Positions 35,501-48,601 of a stretch of 64,000 bases of DNA are shown one piece after another. The translations under genes and the position numbers were made by a program. Origin of the DNA: Nemertoderma westbladi (lineage: Eukaryota; Animalia; Xenacoelomorpha); NCBI GenBank assembly GCA_032718475.1, contig JAUCBJ010007926.1:62001-126000 (forward strand). Direction: 5' to 3'. The number at the start of each line of letters is the position of its first letter. Within the stretch, counting starts at the first letter, position 1. The notes under the pieces were generated by a model, which saw nothing but the letters and a program-made list of their open reading frames with translations, was not told where the DNA came from and made no database searches.

Positions 35501-38500
35501 TCTCTCGATGCGTAACGCGTCTCGTTAGGTCGCGTCTCTCCGGGGCGACGGCAATCTCCCGAAGTTCGACCCCACCGACTCTCTCTTTCCATCTCGACTA
35601 CCGACGGCTCGCTATCTGTCCTCGCTCTCCTGTCGTTCGCGGCGATACTTCTTCTGCTGTCTTCTCTTCTTCTCCTCTCAGTGCAGTATTCCCGCTCGTG
35701 AGATCTCTCGTCGACCTCCCGGTTAAACTCCACTGTTCTTCTTCCCTCTTCTGATCGGGCTCGACGCTTCTTCCGCCCTCTCGCGACGTCGACCTGCTTC
35801 TCTCTGCTCGATCGCATGCCGCTGGGGATACTCGCAATCCCCCTATTACTCTCCGTCGCCGGGTGTTGCGGTTTACCTGATTCGGCCCGCGCATTATCCG
35901 CTGACGGCTGTGGGACACTCTCTGCCCCCCCCCCTCTCGCCACTAATTTCTCGTTGTGGGGCTCCTGTAGCCCCCTCCCACTCGCCACATATCACACCGC
36001 TACCTCTAACTTCTCTTCTACACCCCTCTCCAGTCGACACTATAATTATACTGCGGCTGGGTTCGCTTACCCCTGCCTCTCTCTCCACTACTACTTGGCC
36101 TATCGGGCCTACTCCGGGTTGGCTCAACCCCGCCACCTCCTGCCTACTAACTACGTGGCCTACCAGGCCACCGTCGGGTCAACTCAACCCCGCCACCTCC
36201 TGCCTGCTAACTTTCGCGAAATTTTTCGCGACTACGTTATTTGAATTATTTTGTAAATTCGGGCTTGGATTATTATTTAAATTATTTGAGTTATTATTAT
36301 TTTCTAAATTTAAATTATCATTCGGATTATTTTGCATGTTTAAATCAAAATTATTATTTAGGCTATCTGTATTTAAATTCAAATTACTACTACCAGGCAA
36401 AGTATTTCCTGCAATATAAGTTTGGTTAGGATTATCCGATACGGTACCATTAATATTAACGTCGTCTACGGTAGCATTATTATTACCCCCCCCCCCCCCC
36501 ACGCCCGTACGGTCACACCAGTTTCGTGTCTGTCGTGCGGTCCCTGTAAGTGGGGTATTAATAAATGTATCCACGGCCCCTGGCTCCTCGAGAATATTCG
36601 AGCCAGCCCCGCTCTCAGACACCCCTATCCGCGCCAGTTCTAGTTCGCGTATGCGTCTAGCCTTGTACTCTATAAGCTCCCTTTGCTCTCTTTCCAATTT
36701 CTCTCGCTCACACTTCTCTCTTGCCATTCTTTCCTGGTCCTCCCGTGCGTTCTGCTCGGCCAGTTGCCCCTCTCTCTTAGCTCGCTCCCTTCGCCTCGCC
36801 TCACGCTCTCTACGCTCACTTTCCTCTCTCGCCTCTCGTTCCTTGCGTTCTGCCTCACGCTCTTTACGTTCACTTTTCTCTCTCGCCACATGCTCCTCCT
36901 GTTCCCTCCTTTCTATTTCCTCACACTCCTTAAGGCTTTCCACGGCTTTCTCGGCCCTCTCCCTGGTTTCTCTAATCAGTACTGCTTCCTTTCTCTAGTT
37001 GTATTCTCCCCTCCTCTAACCGTCTATTTAACTCTCTCTGACCTTGTTCTATCAGGTCGAGATGGTACGTGGCATTTATCTCTCTCACCCGTCTTTCTTT
37101 CACGGAGGATGTAGCAGACTTATCGGTTACGACGGATTCCCTCCGCCTTCCCGACCTACTAACTTTCCCCCTCCGCCCAGAACTTCCCCAGACCGACGAG
37201 ATCGAATCCTCGGCCTCAACCTCGGATTCGCCCTCCTCAGGTCTCCTCCAACCCTCAAATTTTACACCCTGGGCATCGACTAAGTATGGCCCTACGTACA
37301 CTGCACTAGGTTGCATACCCCTACACCGCCATAAATCACACAGTTCCTCTGCAACCCCTCTCGCTCTCTCCTTGGCCAGTTCTCTCTGCCCGAAACGCAT
37401 TAGATAGCTAAAATGTCTATTCGACTCACCTAGTCCTCTCGCTAACTTCACCTCATCTATCACCGTCCCCTTCTTGGCCTCCTTTAGTAGCTTCCGGGTC
37501 TCGTTGTAGGCCCGTCGAAGTCAATCAGAAACCCCGACGTCCTCGTTGCCGACCTCTCCTCCGTCTCTCCGGGTCCGACGTCGTACCGGCGGCCCCACCG
37601 TCGCCGTTCCGGTGGGCCGTCCGTTGCCCTCGGCCTGTGGCTGGCCGGCGACATCGGTACCGACATCTCCCTCGTCTCTCCGGGTCCGGCGTTGTACCGT
37701 CGGTCCCACCGTCGCCGTTTCGGTGGGCCATTTGTCGCCCTCGGCCTGTGGCTGGCCGGCGACGTCGGCACGTCGACCCTCGTTCCGTGTCGACTCGTCT
37801 TCATCTCCTTCTAACTCACCCTCTCGGTCTCTCAACTCGACTCCCCCTCCTCTCGACTCGACCCCTGGCTCCAGACGGCCCCCCTCGTCCCGAACTGCCG
37901 GATCACCCGTTACCGATGGGTCCGGCGACGTGGGCCTATACCGCCTGGTCGGGGCCTCACGGATCGTTAGTTCTTTGTCCGGGGTCCGCGTCGGTGTCGT
38001 CTCTCCTGACTGACTCATCTTTACTTTAGATTGGTGGCTGGTAGTCACTGTTTAGCAGACTAGGGGATTGGCTTCAATTACTGTGGTAGTTAACTAGGGT
38101 AGCAGCTCCGATTCAATTACTGTGACGGGATCCAAGAAGGATCCCGGTTTATCCGGTTTGTCAATTCACGCGTCCCCGCCATGTGTGAAAGATAAAAGAG
38201 TTTACGTTGTTCGTTGTATATAATATTCGGGATATGTATAGTATAGATATAGATAATGGATAAGATAAATATTGTTGTACGCGGAAGGCGGGAAATGGTA
38301 ATTGAAATCCCGGTACTTCCCTAGCTAAACTACTGCTACTGTAACACCAATAACACTGAGATAACTGAATGAGATGATTACTGCCAACTGGTTATATTGC
38401 ACGGGTTGGCCTTGTTACTGTACCTAACCGATGCCTTTCCCCCCTCTGATTGGCTAATGTCCCTGTTGGCGCCCTTTGGAGTGTTTCCGTTCACTCCACC

Positions 38501-38664
38501 TGTTGTCCCTCTGTTAGGGGTTTGGCCCCTGACCCTTATTGTGTGGTTCTCCTTCCCACTTTGTTGGGGTGACACGAGTTGTTGGTTACCCAATCTCGTG
38601 GCCCCCAATATTGCTTAACGGTTAACTTTATGGGTTTGTGTTAGCGGAATTGGATAAGCTAACA
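32573..38664 (-). mobile_element. BEL/Pao copy 2, 5' half (LTR, gag, protease, start of RT)
   Basis: ORFs homologous to copy 1, with intact LVDSGA; truncated at DIEGMFNQV; LTR abuts an RTE fragment at 38665. Confidence 0.92.
38121..38664 (-). repeat. 5' LTR of BEL copy 2
   Basis: Minus strand TGTTAGCTTATCCAATTCCGC...CGGGATCCTTCTTGGATCCCGTCACA; same motif order as other LTRs; Inr-like TCATTCAGTT at 38372-38363. Confidence 0.88.
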
Positions 38665-39598
38665 ATGCTGAACATACGTGAGCGAGAGACTGAATCAAAG
38701 GCCTTGAAGATAACAGCCAGATACCTGTCTTTCTTTTTTGATAACTCTTCAATTATCCTTCTAAGTGCTAAAATGGGCTCCATGGTCCCACGACCTTTAC
38801 GGAACCCATTCTGATTTCCACGGAGCAGTCTCTCAATGGGATCCCTGATGCGATTTAATAGAATCCTATTGTATAGCTTTGCAGCAATCGAGATCAATGG
38901 GATTCCCCGAAAAGAACCATAGAGTGTTAGGTTTCCCTTCTTGGGAACTGGCACCAACTTATTTGTTTTCATTTCTTGTGGGACTCTTGTTGTTCGGTAC
39001 ATGTCTACTATGAAGGGATAGATGAGCTTTAAACACTCAGGTATTTTAAAGACCTCAGGGGGAACACCATCTACTCCACTGGCACGATTGGTCTTAATGC
39101 TCTTTGCAGCAGCCTTCACTTCTGCAAAGGAGATATCGCCAATGGGAATATCTGGGAGTACAGACTCAGACACTTTTACTTCTATAAAGTTATCAGGCAA
39201 TACCCTGTCATTATTGAGGAGCTTTTCAAAGTGGGCTTTCCAACCATTGAGGCGATCGGCTGGTGATTCAGCCTTAACCTTGGTGGTTGGTTGGCTTTTC
39301 CGCCCAGTAAGCAGATTGATCGATTTCCATGCCTGGGATGATTGCCTGCTGTCGTCAGCATCATTGATGGCATCAACCTGTTGGTTTATTAGCTCCTGTA
39401 GATTAGCAGAGTACTGCCTGTTCAGGGAATAAGATGCAGCCTTAACTGCATTCTTGGCCGCTGTAGTCTGTTTGAGTCGGGACTCTTTCTGTGCCTTATG
39501 AAGGTCATTTCGGCACTTCTGAATGTTGTTGTCAGTCCAGGGGGCCCTTTTCCTGTTTCGAGGGTATACAGGAACTGTTTCTGCAGCTGCTAACTTAA
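38665..39598 (-). mobile_element. Internal fragment of the RTE LINE
   Basis: ORF 38628-39200 matches the RT N-terminal region; bounded by the BEL LTR and by TTAA of a MITE. Confidence 0.92.
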
Positions 39599-41160
39599 CC
39601 CTATTAGTACCGGGCTATAAAATGCTGTACAAATACCGGGGGGGGGGGGGGGGGGGGTCATATTGACCCCTCCCTCTAAAATCTACAAATATTAACGAAA
39701 ACGTCTGATTTTTTGTTTGTACGTAGGTATCACTAGTCTGGATCCGACCGAAAAAAAAAATTTTCGAAAAAATGTACTGGGGAGGTAATATTGCAGCACC
39801 AAAATTACAAGTAGTGCACAATTTTCACAAAATTTGAAAGTTACATTTTTCGGCTAACTGTTTTATAATACAGGTTTTCTGGAGCGCAAAATACATTGGA
39901 AAATATTAAAAATGATAAGATTACCATAAATGGCTGTTTAGTCCTCTATGCGTAGGAAAAAAATGAAAAAAACAAGTAACCAGCACTTTTCAGTTAGAAC
40001 ACAAAATTTTCAATTCACTTATACGATGCTATAAATGCACATTTTCAGGTTTTCTTGGGCGCTGATTCTAATGGAATACATTTCAAATATGCCAGATCAT
40101 TGCTACTTGTATTTTTAGGCGTAATTTGGCAAATTTTGGTGCTAGCACTAAATTTCGTACCCATAACCAAAAAGTACAAGTTTGCGATGTCCAGTGCTTT
40201 TTTTATTGATTCCATCGGATTTAGGACCCTCAAAAACCCGCATAACGCAAGAAACAAGATGATACTATCTACTGATCAATTTACTCATTTTCCAAAATTT
40301 GGTGCTGGCACGACAATTTTCACCCACTGGCGAAAAATACAAGTTTGAAAACTCTTATGAAATTTTTACTAATTCCATTAAATTCAGAACCCTAACAAAC
40401 CCGTATAACGCAAGAAACAAGATGACACAATCAATTGATATATATGATGGTTTTCAAAATTTGGTGCTAGCACCACATTTTGCACCCACTTCCGAAAAAT
40501 ACAAGTTTGAGATGTCTAGTTCGATAATTATATATTCCATTGAATTCAGAACAGCCATAAACCTCTAAAATGCAAGAAATAAATTGTCACAAGCAATTTA
40601 TATATTGAATGGATTTTCAAAATTTCGTGCTAGCACCAAAATTTGCACACAGCACCGAAAAATACAAGTTTGATACGCTTGGTGCAACTCGTATATATTT
40701 CATCGAAACCAGAACCCCAAAAAACCCAATTGCGTAAAAAACAAGTTTCAAACAATCAATTTACAAAATTGACATATTTCAAAATTTGGTGCTGGCACCA
40801 AAATTTGGCACCCGCGAAAAGAACAAGTTTGAAATTTCTAAAACAATTTATATGAATTCCATCGAATTGCTAACACCAAAAAACCGGTGTAAATCAAAAA
40901 TAGAGATGTTACAATTAATATTTAATGAAATGTAATTTTCAAAAAACGTCTCAAAAAAAGTGCCAAAAGTAGGGTTAAAAAATGGTGCTATAACTCGAAA
41001 ACTACCCAATATTTTTGAAAACGGTTTTCACTACTAGGAACACAATAGATTTGTAGGAAAAGTCATAAAATTTCAGATTCCAAACTGCGTTTGTTTTAGA
41101 ATTATAATAAAAAAACCACGGGGGGGGGTCATATTGACCCCCCCCCCGGGTTTAATAGGG
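39599..41160. mobile_element. piggyBac-like MITE, inverted relative to 26746-28297
   Basis: TTAA at 39595-39598 and 41161-41164; same TIRs and internal repeats. Confidence 0.9.
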
Positions 41161-41376
41161 TTAAGAAAGTATATAAGTTAAAGGACGAGTGGGATACAGA
41201 GGTCCCGGAAGAAATCAGCAAGCAGTGTAGTAAGTGGACGGGGAGTTTAGAACAGATGGGGACATACAGCATGCCACGCGTGTATTTCCCGGATGGGGAC
41301 ATGACGGATTTGGATCTACACGTGTTATCCGATGCATCATTAGAAGCATACGGAGCGGCACTCTACCTAGTACAAT

Positions 41377-44300
41377 ACTACTACTACTACTACTACTAGG
41401 ATCGGCATGCTGCATTGCAGCTGCATTTTTAAGAATGCTGTGCCGGCTTGTCAACAAAATTGCACAAGATGCGTCTCAAGAAAGTCATGGGCTGTACACC
41501 ATGCTTATTCACTCCATGAGGCTGCCAAAGTACAAGATTATGCACTGGCTGGTCCTCACAGCGAAAGCAATGTCCTGCAAAGCTGAGGCGATTTTGTTCT
41601 AGTGTCAAGCTTGGGGGAACCAATGAGACACCTCCAATGTTATATAGTGTCTGGTTGGAGATGTGTGCATTGTACTTGACACAATGAACCCGGTGTAGCA
41701 TTCTTGTGAATGTGCCATCCAGAGATTTGGTGTCCTCAGCAGTTAGAGCCCAGCATGGACTCCCGTAGAGGAGTACTGGAACTACTGCTGCTCTAAATAA
41801 TCGGACCTTAAGTTTCCGATTAATTCTCGGTGACTTCCAAATCCTGGAAAGCCTATTCAAGGCTGCCCATGCCTTTCCCTTACGTATTCGAAGGTCCTCA
41901 CCTGACTTCCGGATCCATGATACCAGGTAACAGAAGTCGTCCACATGCTCAAGCATACCATCCTTTGAGCTTATGCTCATCCGATCAGAGACTTGCTGAG
42001 GACTTTCAAAGTTAACTGTCAAAATTTTGGTCTTTCTTGAGTTAATAAAAAGACCTAAACTAGAAGCAGCATGTTCTAATGAGCTGAGGAGCCGTTGGGC
42101 TCCCTCTAGTGATTCTGAGAGTACTCCTAAGTCATCAGCAAAGTCTAGATCAGTTAGGTACTTGGCAGGATTTCCTCGACTTCTGGAGCCAGTAGGTGGA
42201 GTTATCATCACCCCATCATCATTATGATGGTCTAAGGACATGCGTGCGTAGAACATAGTCAACCACAATAATGAACAAGAATGGTGCAAGTGTGTCTCCT
42301 TGGAGGACGCCCCATAACACTTCAAATGGTTCTGTGTCACCGTCAACAGTAGACACAAATGTTGTCGAACCATCGTATACTGATCTTATTGCTGCAATAA
42401 TTTCATCAGGAATCCCATATAATGAAAGTATGCTGAACATACGAGAGCGAGAGACTGAATCAAAGGCCTTGAAGAAGTCAACAAAGATAACAGCCAGATG
42501 CCTGTCTTTCTTTTTTGATAATTCTTCAATTATCCTTCTAAGTGCCAAAATGGGCTCCATGGTACCACGACCTTTACGGAACCCATTCTGATTTCCACGG
42601 AGCAGTCTCTCAATGGGATCCCTGATGCGATTTAATAGAATCCTATTGTATAGCTTTGCAGCAATCGAGATCAATGAGATTCCCCGAAAAGAACCATAGA
42701 GTGTTAGGTTGCCCTTCTTGGGAACTGGCACCAACTTATTTGTTTTCATTTCTTATGGGACTCTTGTTGTTCGGTAGATGTCTACTATGATGGGATAGAT
42801 GAGCTTTAAACACTCAGGTATTTTAAAGACCTCAGGGGGAACACCATCTACTCCACTGGCATGATTGGTCTTAATGCTCTTTGCAGCAGCCTTCACTTCT
42901 GCAAAGGAGATATCGCCAATGGGAATATCTGGGAGTACAGACTCAGACACTTTTACTTCTATAAAGTTATCAGGCAATACCCTGTCATTATTGAGGAGCT
43001 TTTCAAAGTGGGCTTTCCAACCATGGAGGCGATCGGCTGGTGGTGATTCAGCCTTAACCTTGGTGGTTGGTTGGCTTTTCCGCCCAGTAAGCAAGTTGAT
43101 CGATTTCCATGCCTGGGATGATTGCCTGCTGTCGTCAGCATCATTGATGGCATCAACCTGTTGGTTTATTAGCTCCTGTAGATTAACAGAGTACTGCCTG
43201 TTCAGGGACCTAGATGCAGCCTTAACTGCATTCTTGGCCGCTGTAGTCTGTTTGAGTCGGGACTCTTTCTGCGCCTTATGAAGGTCATTTCAGCACTTCT
43301 GAATTTTGTTGTCAGTCCAGGGGGCCCTTTTCCTGTTTCGAGGGAATACAGGAACTGTTTCTGCAGCTGCTAACTTAACTGCTTCTGTAAAAGCAGTATA
43401 GCCCTCACAGTGATCTGCCGCCTCAGAGGCAAGAGCCTCATACCTGTTGCTCAGCTGTAGTGTGAAGCTGGATCTCACACTTGGCTGTTGCAACAGAGAG
43501 GACCAGTCATGTCGCGGCAAGGCAGATTTAGTTGTTCTGCTAGCACGCAGACTAAGTCTTACCTTGGCCACAATAAGGCGGTGATCACTGGAGAAGGGTC
43601 GAAGTGTAAATGTATTACAGTCTTGTATAGAGCTCCTGTATTTCCTACGAAACAGAATATGGTCTATCTGGGACTTGTGACCACTGGGTCCACTATGAGT
43701 CCATATCTTTCCAGTTCGCTTCTTGAACTGGGTTCCAGCCGAAAACAATCCATTTCCAGAGATAAAATCCTGAAGATGGACAGAATTTCGGTTAACACTA
43801 TTGCTATAGACCCAGGGCGATGTAGGTGATTGATGCAGACTTGCATTAAAGTCTCCCAGGAATGTTAAGAATGCATGCTGATCCACTCCATCTGTAGCTG
43901 CTTGTAGATTGTGGTAGAAATTTTCCACCTCCTCTACAGGGGCAACACTAGTTGGAGAGTAGCACACAATCAGAACCACCTTAGGAAACTTCTTAGCCAG
44001 TCTTCCAGAACATGAGAAGTGGCAATGGATGATGCGGTTAGAGATTTGGTCTATTTTGTCCAATGCTGCATGTGCAGTTGGATTCATCAATAGACCAATT
44101 CCACCATTGCCACTATCATCTGCTGACGCGAGGGCGAGTCGCCAACCGCCCCCCATGTCCTTAATCAGAACCTCATCAGTCTGTCCAGTCTGCATTCGGT
44201 GCTCTTGAACACCCACTGCGCTAAGAGAAAGCTTATCTGCCAAGGCAGTCAGCTCACCTTGTCGCATTGGGGACCCGAGTGTTAGGGTGTTTACTGAGGC

Positions 44301-45091
44301 TAGTCTAGTGACTTGCCTCAGATTCACCAGTGGCTTTGTTGGTCGGGGTGGAACATGAGAGTAGCCTCCAACTCCAGAATCCCTCTCCCCATCACAATCT
44401 GGCCTCCCTGGTGACCCAGGGTTTGGGCCAGAAAGGTCATCAGGAAAGGGACTCAAAGAATTGTTGGCTGCTCTCTCTCCAGTAGGGGGTGAGACAGGCA
44501 GCCGGTCAGGAGATAACTAACACCTGTGAGGCCGATTGTGTCTGGTAATTCCACTGGCCTCTAGTGGCCGGACCTCCGCATTACTAATATAATCCATAGT
44601 GGGGGTTGGGGGGTGCTTTTTTGCCGAGTCAGCTCTCGGGGCAAATACCACACCCTGGTTTGCCATTCCACAGGGTGGGTGTCGCAGTGGAGTCAGATAT
44701 GAGGCCCATCACCCATATCTACTCTGGCGCATATGACCCACCATTGGCTGTTGCAGCTCATCTGCTGGGTCATGCCCTATACCCCTGCTGCCAGGTGCAG
44801 GTCGCAGTGAAGTGCATTCAGAGTGGACATGAGAACACTCTACTCCTGACCAGCCATTGGTAGATCACCATCTGCCTGGTCAGGCCATATACCCCTGCAG
44901 CCAAGTATATGGGTCCTTAATCCAGGACCAAGGGCATCCTTATCCCAGAACGAAGGGGGTCCTAGTTACAGGACCAGATTTGCCCTAGTAAGAGGGTCTA
45001 TGCAGCTACAGGTGGCACCTCCTTTATGCTGCATGGAGGTGGCAAGTTTTCTTGATCAATGACCTAGAATACCTGACCTGACATTATACCT
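41377..45091 (-). mobile_element. Apparently full-length RTE-like LINE (~3.7 kb), disrupted ORF
   Basis: 20-bp TSD ggcactctacct(a/t)gtacaat (41357-41376, 45092-45111); (TAG)n tail; APE 43290-44456, RT 41429-43094; ~630-nt 5' leader. Confidence 0.95.
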
Positions 45092-45194
45092 GGCACTCTA
45101 CCTTGTACAATGAGAGGGGGCTCATAAGCCCAGACTTGCATTCAGCAAAGCAAAGTCGACACCGCCAGATTCAGCTTCGGTTCCGAAACTCGAG

Positions 45195-47150
45195 TTGACA
45201 GCTGCGAGGTTAGGAGTAAGGGCCACAACCTACTTGATGGACACCATTCCCAACATAGTGGAAACACACTACTGGACAGACTCCATGGTAGTGCTTGGTT
45301 GGCTACACAATGAGAAGATGAGATACCCTATATTCGTCGCAAATAGGGTGGACAAAATAAGGGCGACGACAGACTTGGAGAGGTGGCACTACTGCCCAAC
45401 GGACGAGAACCCAGTGGACTTGTTATCAAGGGGCGTGGCATGCCACACTTTCTTAAAGGATGAAGTATTGTGGCAGCACAGGCCACAATTCCTGAACGAT
45501 AAGACAGCCTGGACACCGATGAAGAAGGTGGACCCGGGCTCAGAGGAAGTAACACTAGAGGAAGGGGCAGGAGACTCAGAAGGTGAAGAGATATATAGTC
45601 AGATGGTGAGGGAGATCAGGGAGGTACAACCAAAGTCAGAAGAACCATGCGATAGCCCGACGGATAAACTCCTCAGCTACAGCTCAAGTTGGTACAAGAC
45701 CAAGAAGTTGGTGGCGTACTGGAGAGCCTTCGGGGATTTCCTCAAGGAAATTGGCAAGGACGCCAAGAGGAAACCAAACATCGATCTGGAGGGAGCGGCC
45801 AAGGCCTTGATCTGTTACGAACAGAGAAAGAACTACGGCGACGAAGTGGAGCGCATCGGTAAACAACAACATCTTCGTCGGGACAGCGAGCTCATCACAC
45901 TGTTGCCACAACTCAACGACGATGGGATCTTAGTAATGAACTCCAGAGTGCTAAATAACAACAGCCTCATTATTCCACCGAAACCCATCATCATCCCAAA
46001 TAGATCGCCGATAGTCCACCAGATCATTTGGGACTCCCACAAGTCGATATTGCACGGGGGCACCAACCGGACCCTCACGGAGATACGGAGAACCTTCTGG
46101 ATCACACAACTAAGAAAGAAGGTGAAGGCGGTAGTGGGGCAGTGCCAGACCTGCCGACAGACGAGGAAGGAGCGGGCCATACAGGAGATAGCGCCATTAC
46201 CAGCCAGAAGGGTGAGACAGCACGACCCGCCATTCACGCACTGTGGTGTAAATATGTTCGGGTCGATAAAGATCAGGGTGATGCAGCACACGGAGAAGCG
46301 CTATGGCATTATCTTCGTATGTAACCACACGTGGGCGGTAGGAATAGAACTCGCCAAAGACGCAACCGCATCGGCATTCATCAATGCCCTAGAGAGGTTC
46401 AGAGACCGCAAAGGTGGGACGATCGCAGTAATATACTCCGCTAATGGAACCAACTTTGTGGGGGCGGAGAACGAGCTGGCAGAGGCCTTGGACATCCTGG
46501 AAGGGGAGGAAGTCAGGGCAGCCATGAGAAGACGACAGGTGAAGTGGGAGAGGAGGACGCCGTATGCCCCGCATACTTTAGAATGCGTCGAGAGACTCGT
46601 GGGTAGTTCCAAGCGTCTGGTGACGAAGTTGATGAACACCCACATGGTGACAGAAGATGTGCTAAGGACGGTGCTAGCTAAATGCGAGGGTATCATTAAT
46701 AGCAGACCGCTATACCCAGAAAATGATGACCCAGAGTCATTAGATTTGCTGACACCCAGTCACTTTCTAATGGAGAGGCCAGCGACCATCAACATGCGGG
46801 GTGTAGACCCAGACGATATACACTCCCGACAGAGTTGGAAAGTCGCTAAGGCAATAAGCGCGGAATACTGGAGGAGGTGGGTCGAGGAATATCTACCCAC
46901 ACTTCATAGGAGGAGCAAGTGGAGAAATACCACTAGGGAGTTAAAGAAGGGTGATTTGGTGATCGGACACACGGACGACACCATCATCAACAATCAATGG
47001 AGATTGGCAAGAGTAGTGGACACTTACTCCGATGAGGACGGAAGAGTCCGATCGGTGGAAGTGCGGATAGGTGGTAAGATAGGAGCGATAGATAGGAAGA
47101 CCTACAGGAGGGCTGTAGGAAAGTGCTGCCTGCTAGAAGGGGCACCGTAG
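45195..47150 (+). pseudogene. BEL RNase H C-terminus and integrase, open frame but catalytic residues altered
   Basis: WTDSMVVLGWL, FVANRV, ENPVDLLSRG; HHCC finger (H..LH...CQTC); GVNMFG and YSANGTNF where D is expected; LLTPSHFL, YWRRWVEEYL. Confidence 0.88.
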
Positions 47151-47466
47151 AGTTTAGTCGTCCAAGTATTGGACTGAGGGGGGTGGAATTGAGGGCGAGA
47201 CGCCCTTCCCACACAATATATAAAAAATAATAAAAATAATAAAATAAATAAAATAATAGAAAGAAAGTAAAAGAGGAGAAAGTCAGAAAGTGATAGTAGT
47301 AGGTAGTATGTAGCACTAAGTAGTAGATAGAAAGTTAGCAGAAGTTAGTCGTAGTTAGAAAGTTAGTAGTAGATAGAAAGTTAGCAGAAGTTAGTTGTAG
47401 TTAGAAAGTTAGTAGTAATTGGAAAGCTAGCGAAAGTTAGAAATACTTAGAAAGTTGATAGAAGTT

Positions 47467-47692
47467 AGTACCGGGAGAGGTAGAAGTTAGAGATCAGGGA
47501 GTGTGGTATAGAGACATACCACGGGAGTAAGAGGGTACATAGTACCGGGAGAGGTAGAAGTTAGAGATCAGGGAGTGTGGTATAGAGACATACCGCGGGA
47601 GTAAGAGGGTACATAGTACTGGGAGAGGTAGAAGTTAGAGATCAGGGAGTGTGGTATAGAGACATACCACGGGAGTAAGAGGGTACATAGTA
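47467..47692. repeat. Three tandem 74-bp units in the post-pol region
   Basis: Units start at 47467, 47541 and 47615. Confidence 0.9.
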
Positions 47693-47910
47693 CCAAGAGA
47701 GTAGTAGGAGGGTACATAGTACCGCTAGAGAGTTAGTAGAGTTGGAGACTTAGTAGTTAGTAGAGTTTTAGAGAGTTAATAGAGTTAATAGTAAGAGAGT
47801 AGCATGGTAAGTAGTAAGTAAGAAGTAAGTAGAGATGTAGGTACAAATATAATAGCACAGAATAGGGGCAAATGCGGACAAAACAAAATCAAAATTAAAA
47901 TTAGGAATAT

Positions 47911-48066
47911 CAGGACCACCCCCAAACTACAGAAGAGCCTTCAAGGTGGCCTTCGGAGGTCTGGTAGACCACCCGGGGCTGGAGGACGAGTCGGTGTACT
48001 ACAACAACCGGCATCTAGTAGACAGGGAGGTGGATACACCATATCAGAGGTGGGAGAAGTTGGAAG
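47911..48066 (+). pseudogene. Deletion remnant of exo-A in BEL copy 3
   Basis: Matches ~18846-19000 (actacagaagagccttcaaggtggccttc...gacagggaggtggatacaccatatcagaggtgggagaag). Confidence 0.9.
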
Positions 48067-48601
48067 TTGTACCGTAGTCAAGCACAACCCTTTTCCAATT
48101 AGCTACTGGGACTGGGGATTAATTGACTAGGGCGACAGGACGGGACTTAGACGGCTCCCACTAACATGATGCACACATGTGTGGGGCCCAATAAGTGTGT
48201 GAGGAATGAAAGTAAGGATGAGAATCGGGGGGAGAATGGAGAGGAGGTTTGACAGGATAAGGGAAAGTAAAAGGAGTGCGAGTCGGGTGTGGGAAACGAG
48301 TAAGATAGAGTAGAGTTGAGTTGGAGTGGAGATGAAGTGAACTTAGAGTGAGAGGAGTTTTTAAAATTGTGTGAGGAGTCCACAATTGTCTCGACCCGAG
48401 ACGCCAGATGTCTTGGTGCAACATAGGTGAAGTTGCACCAAGAGTGGGTAGCATTATCATACCCATAGGGAGCAGCCTGGAAAGCCGACTCCAAGTAAGA
48501 GAACTCCACCCCACAACCGATAATAGACCAGGTTCCAGCGGAATTGAAGCGCACTCCAAGGTGATGCTATCTTCTCACCGGGAAGATTGCATGGGGGGGA
48601 G

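Noticed and set aside
44735-44765. Hammerhead or HDV ribozyme from CAGAUGAG...CCAAUGG
   Set aside because: Lacks CUGAUGA/GAAA core and has no room for HDV P1/P3; kept only as an unclassified structure
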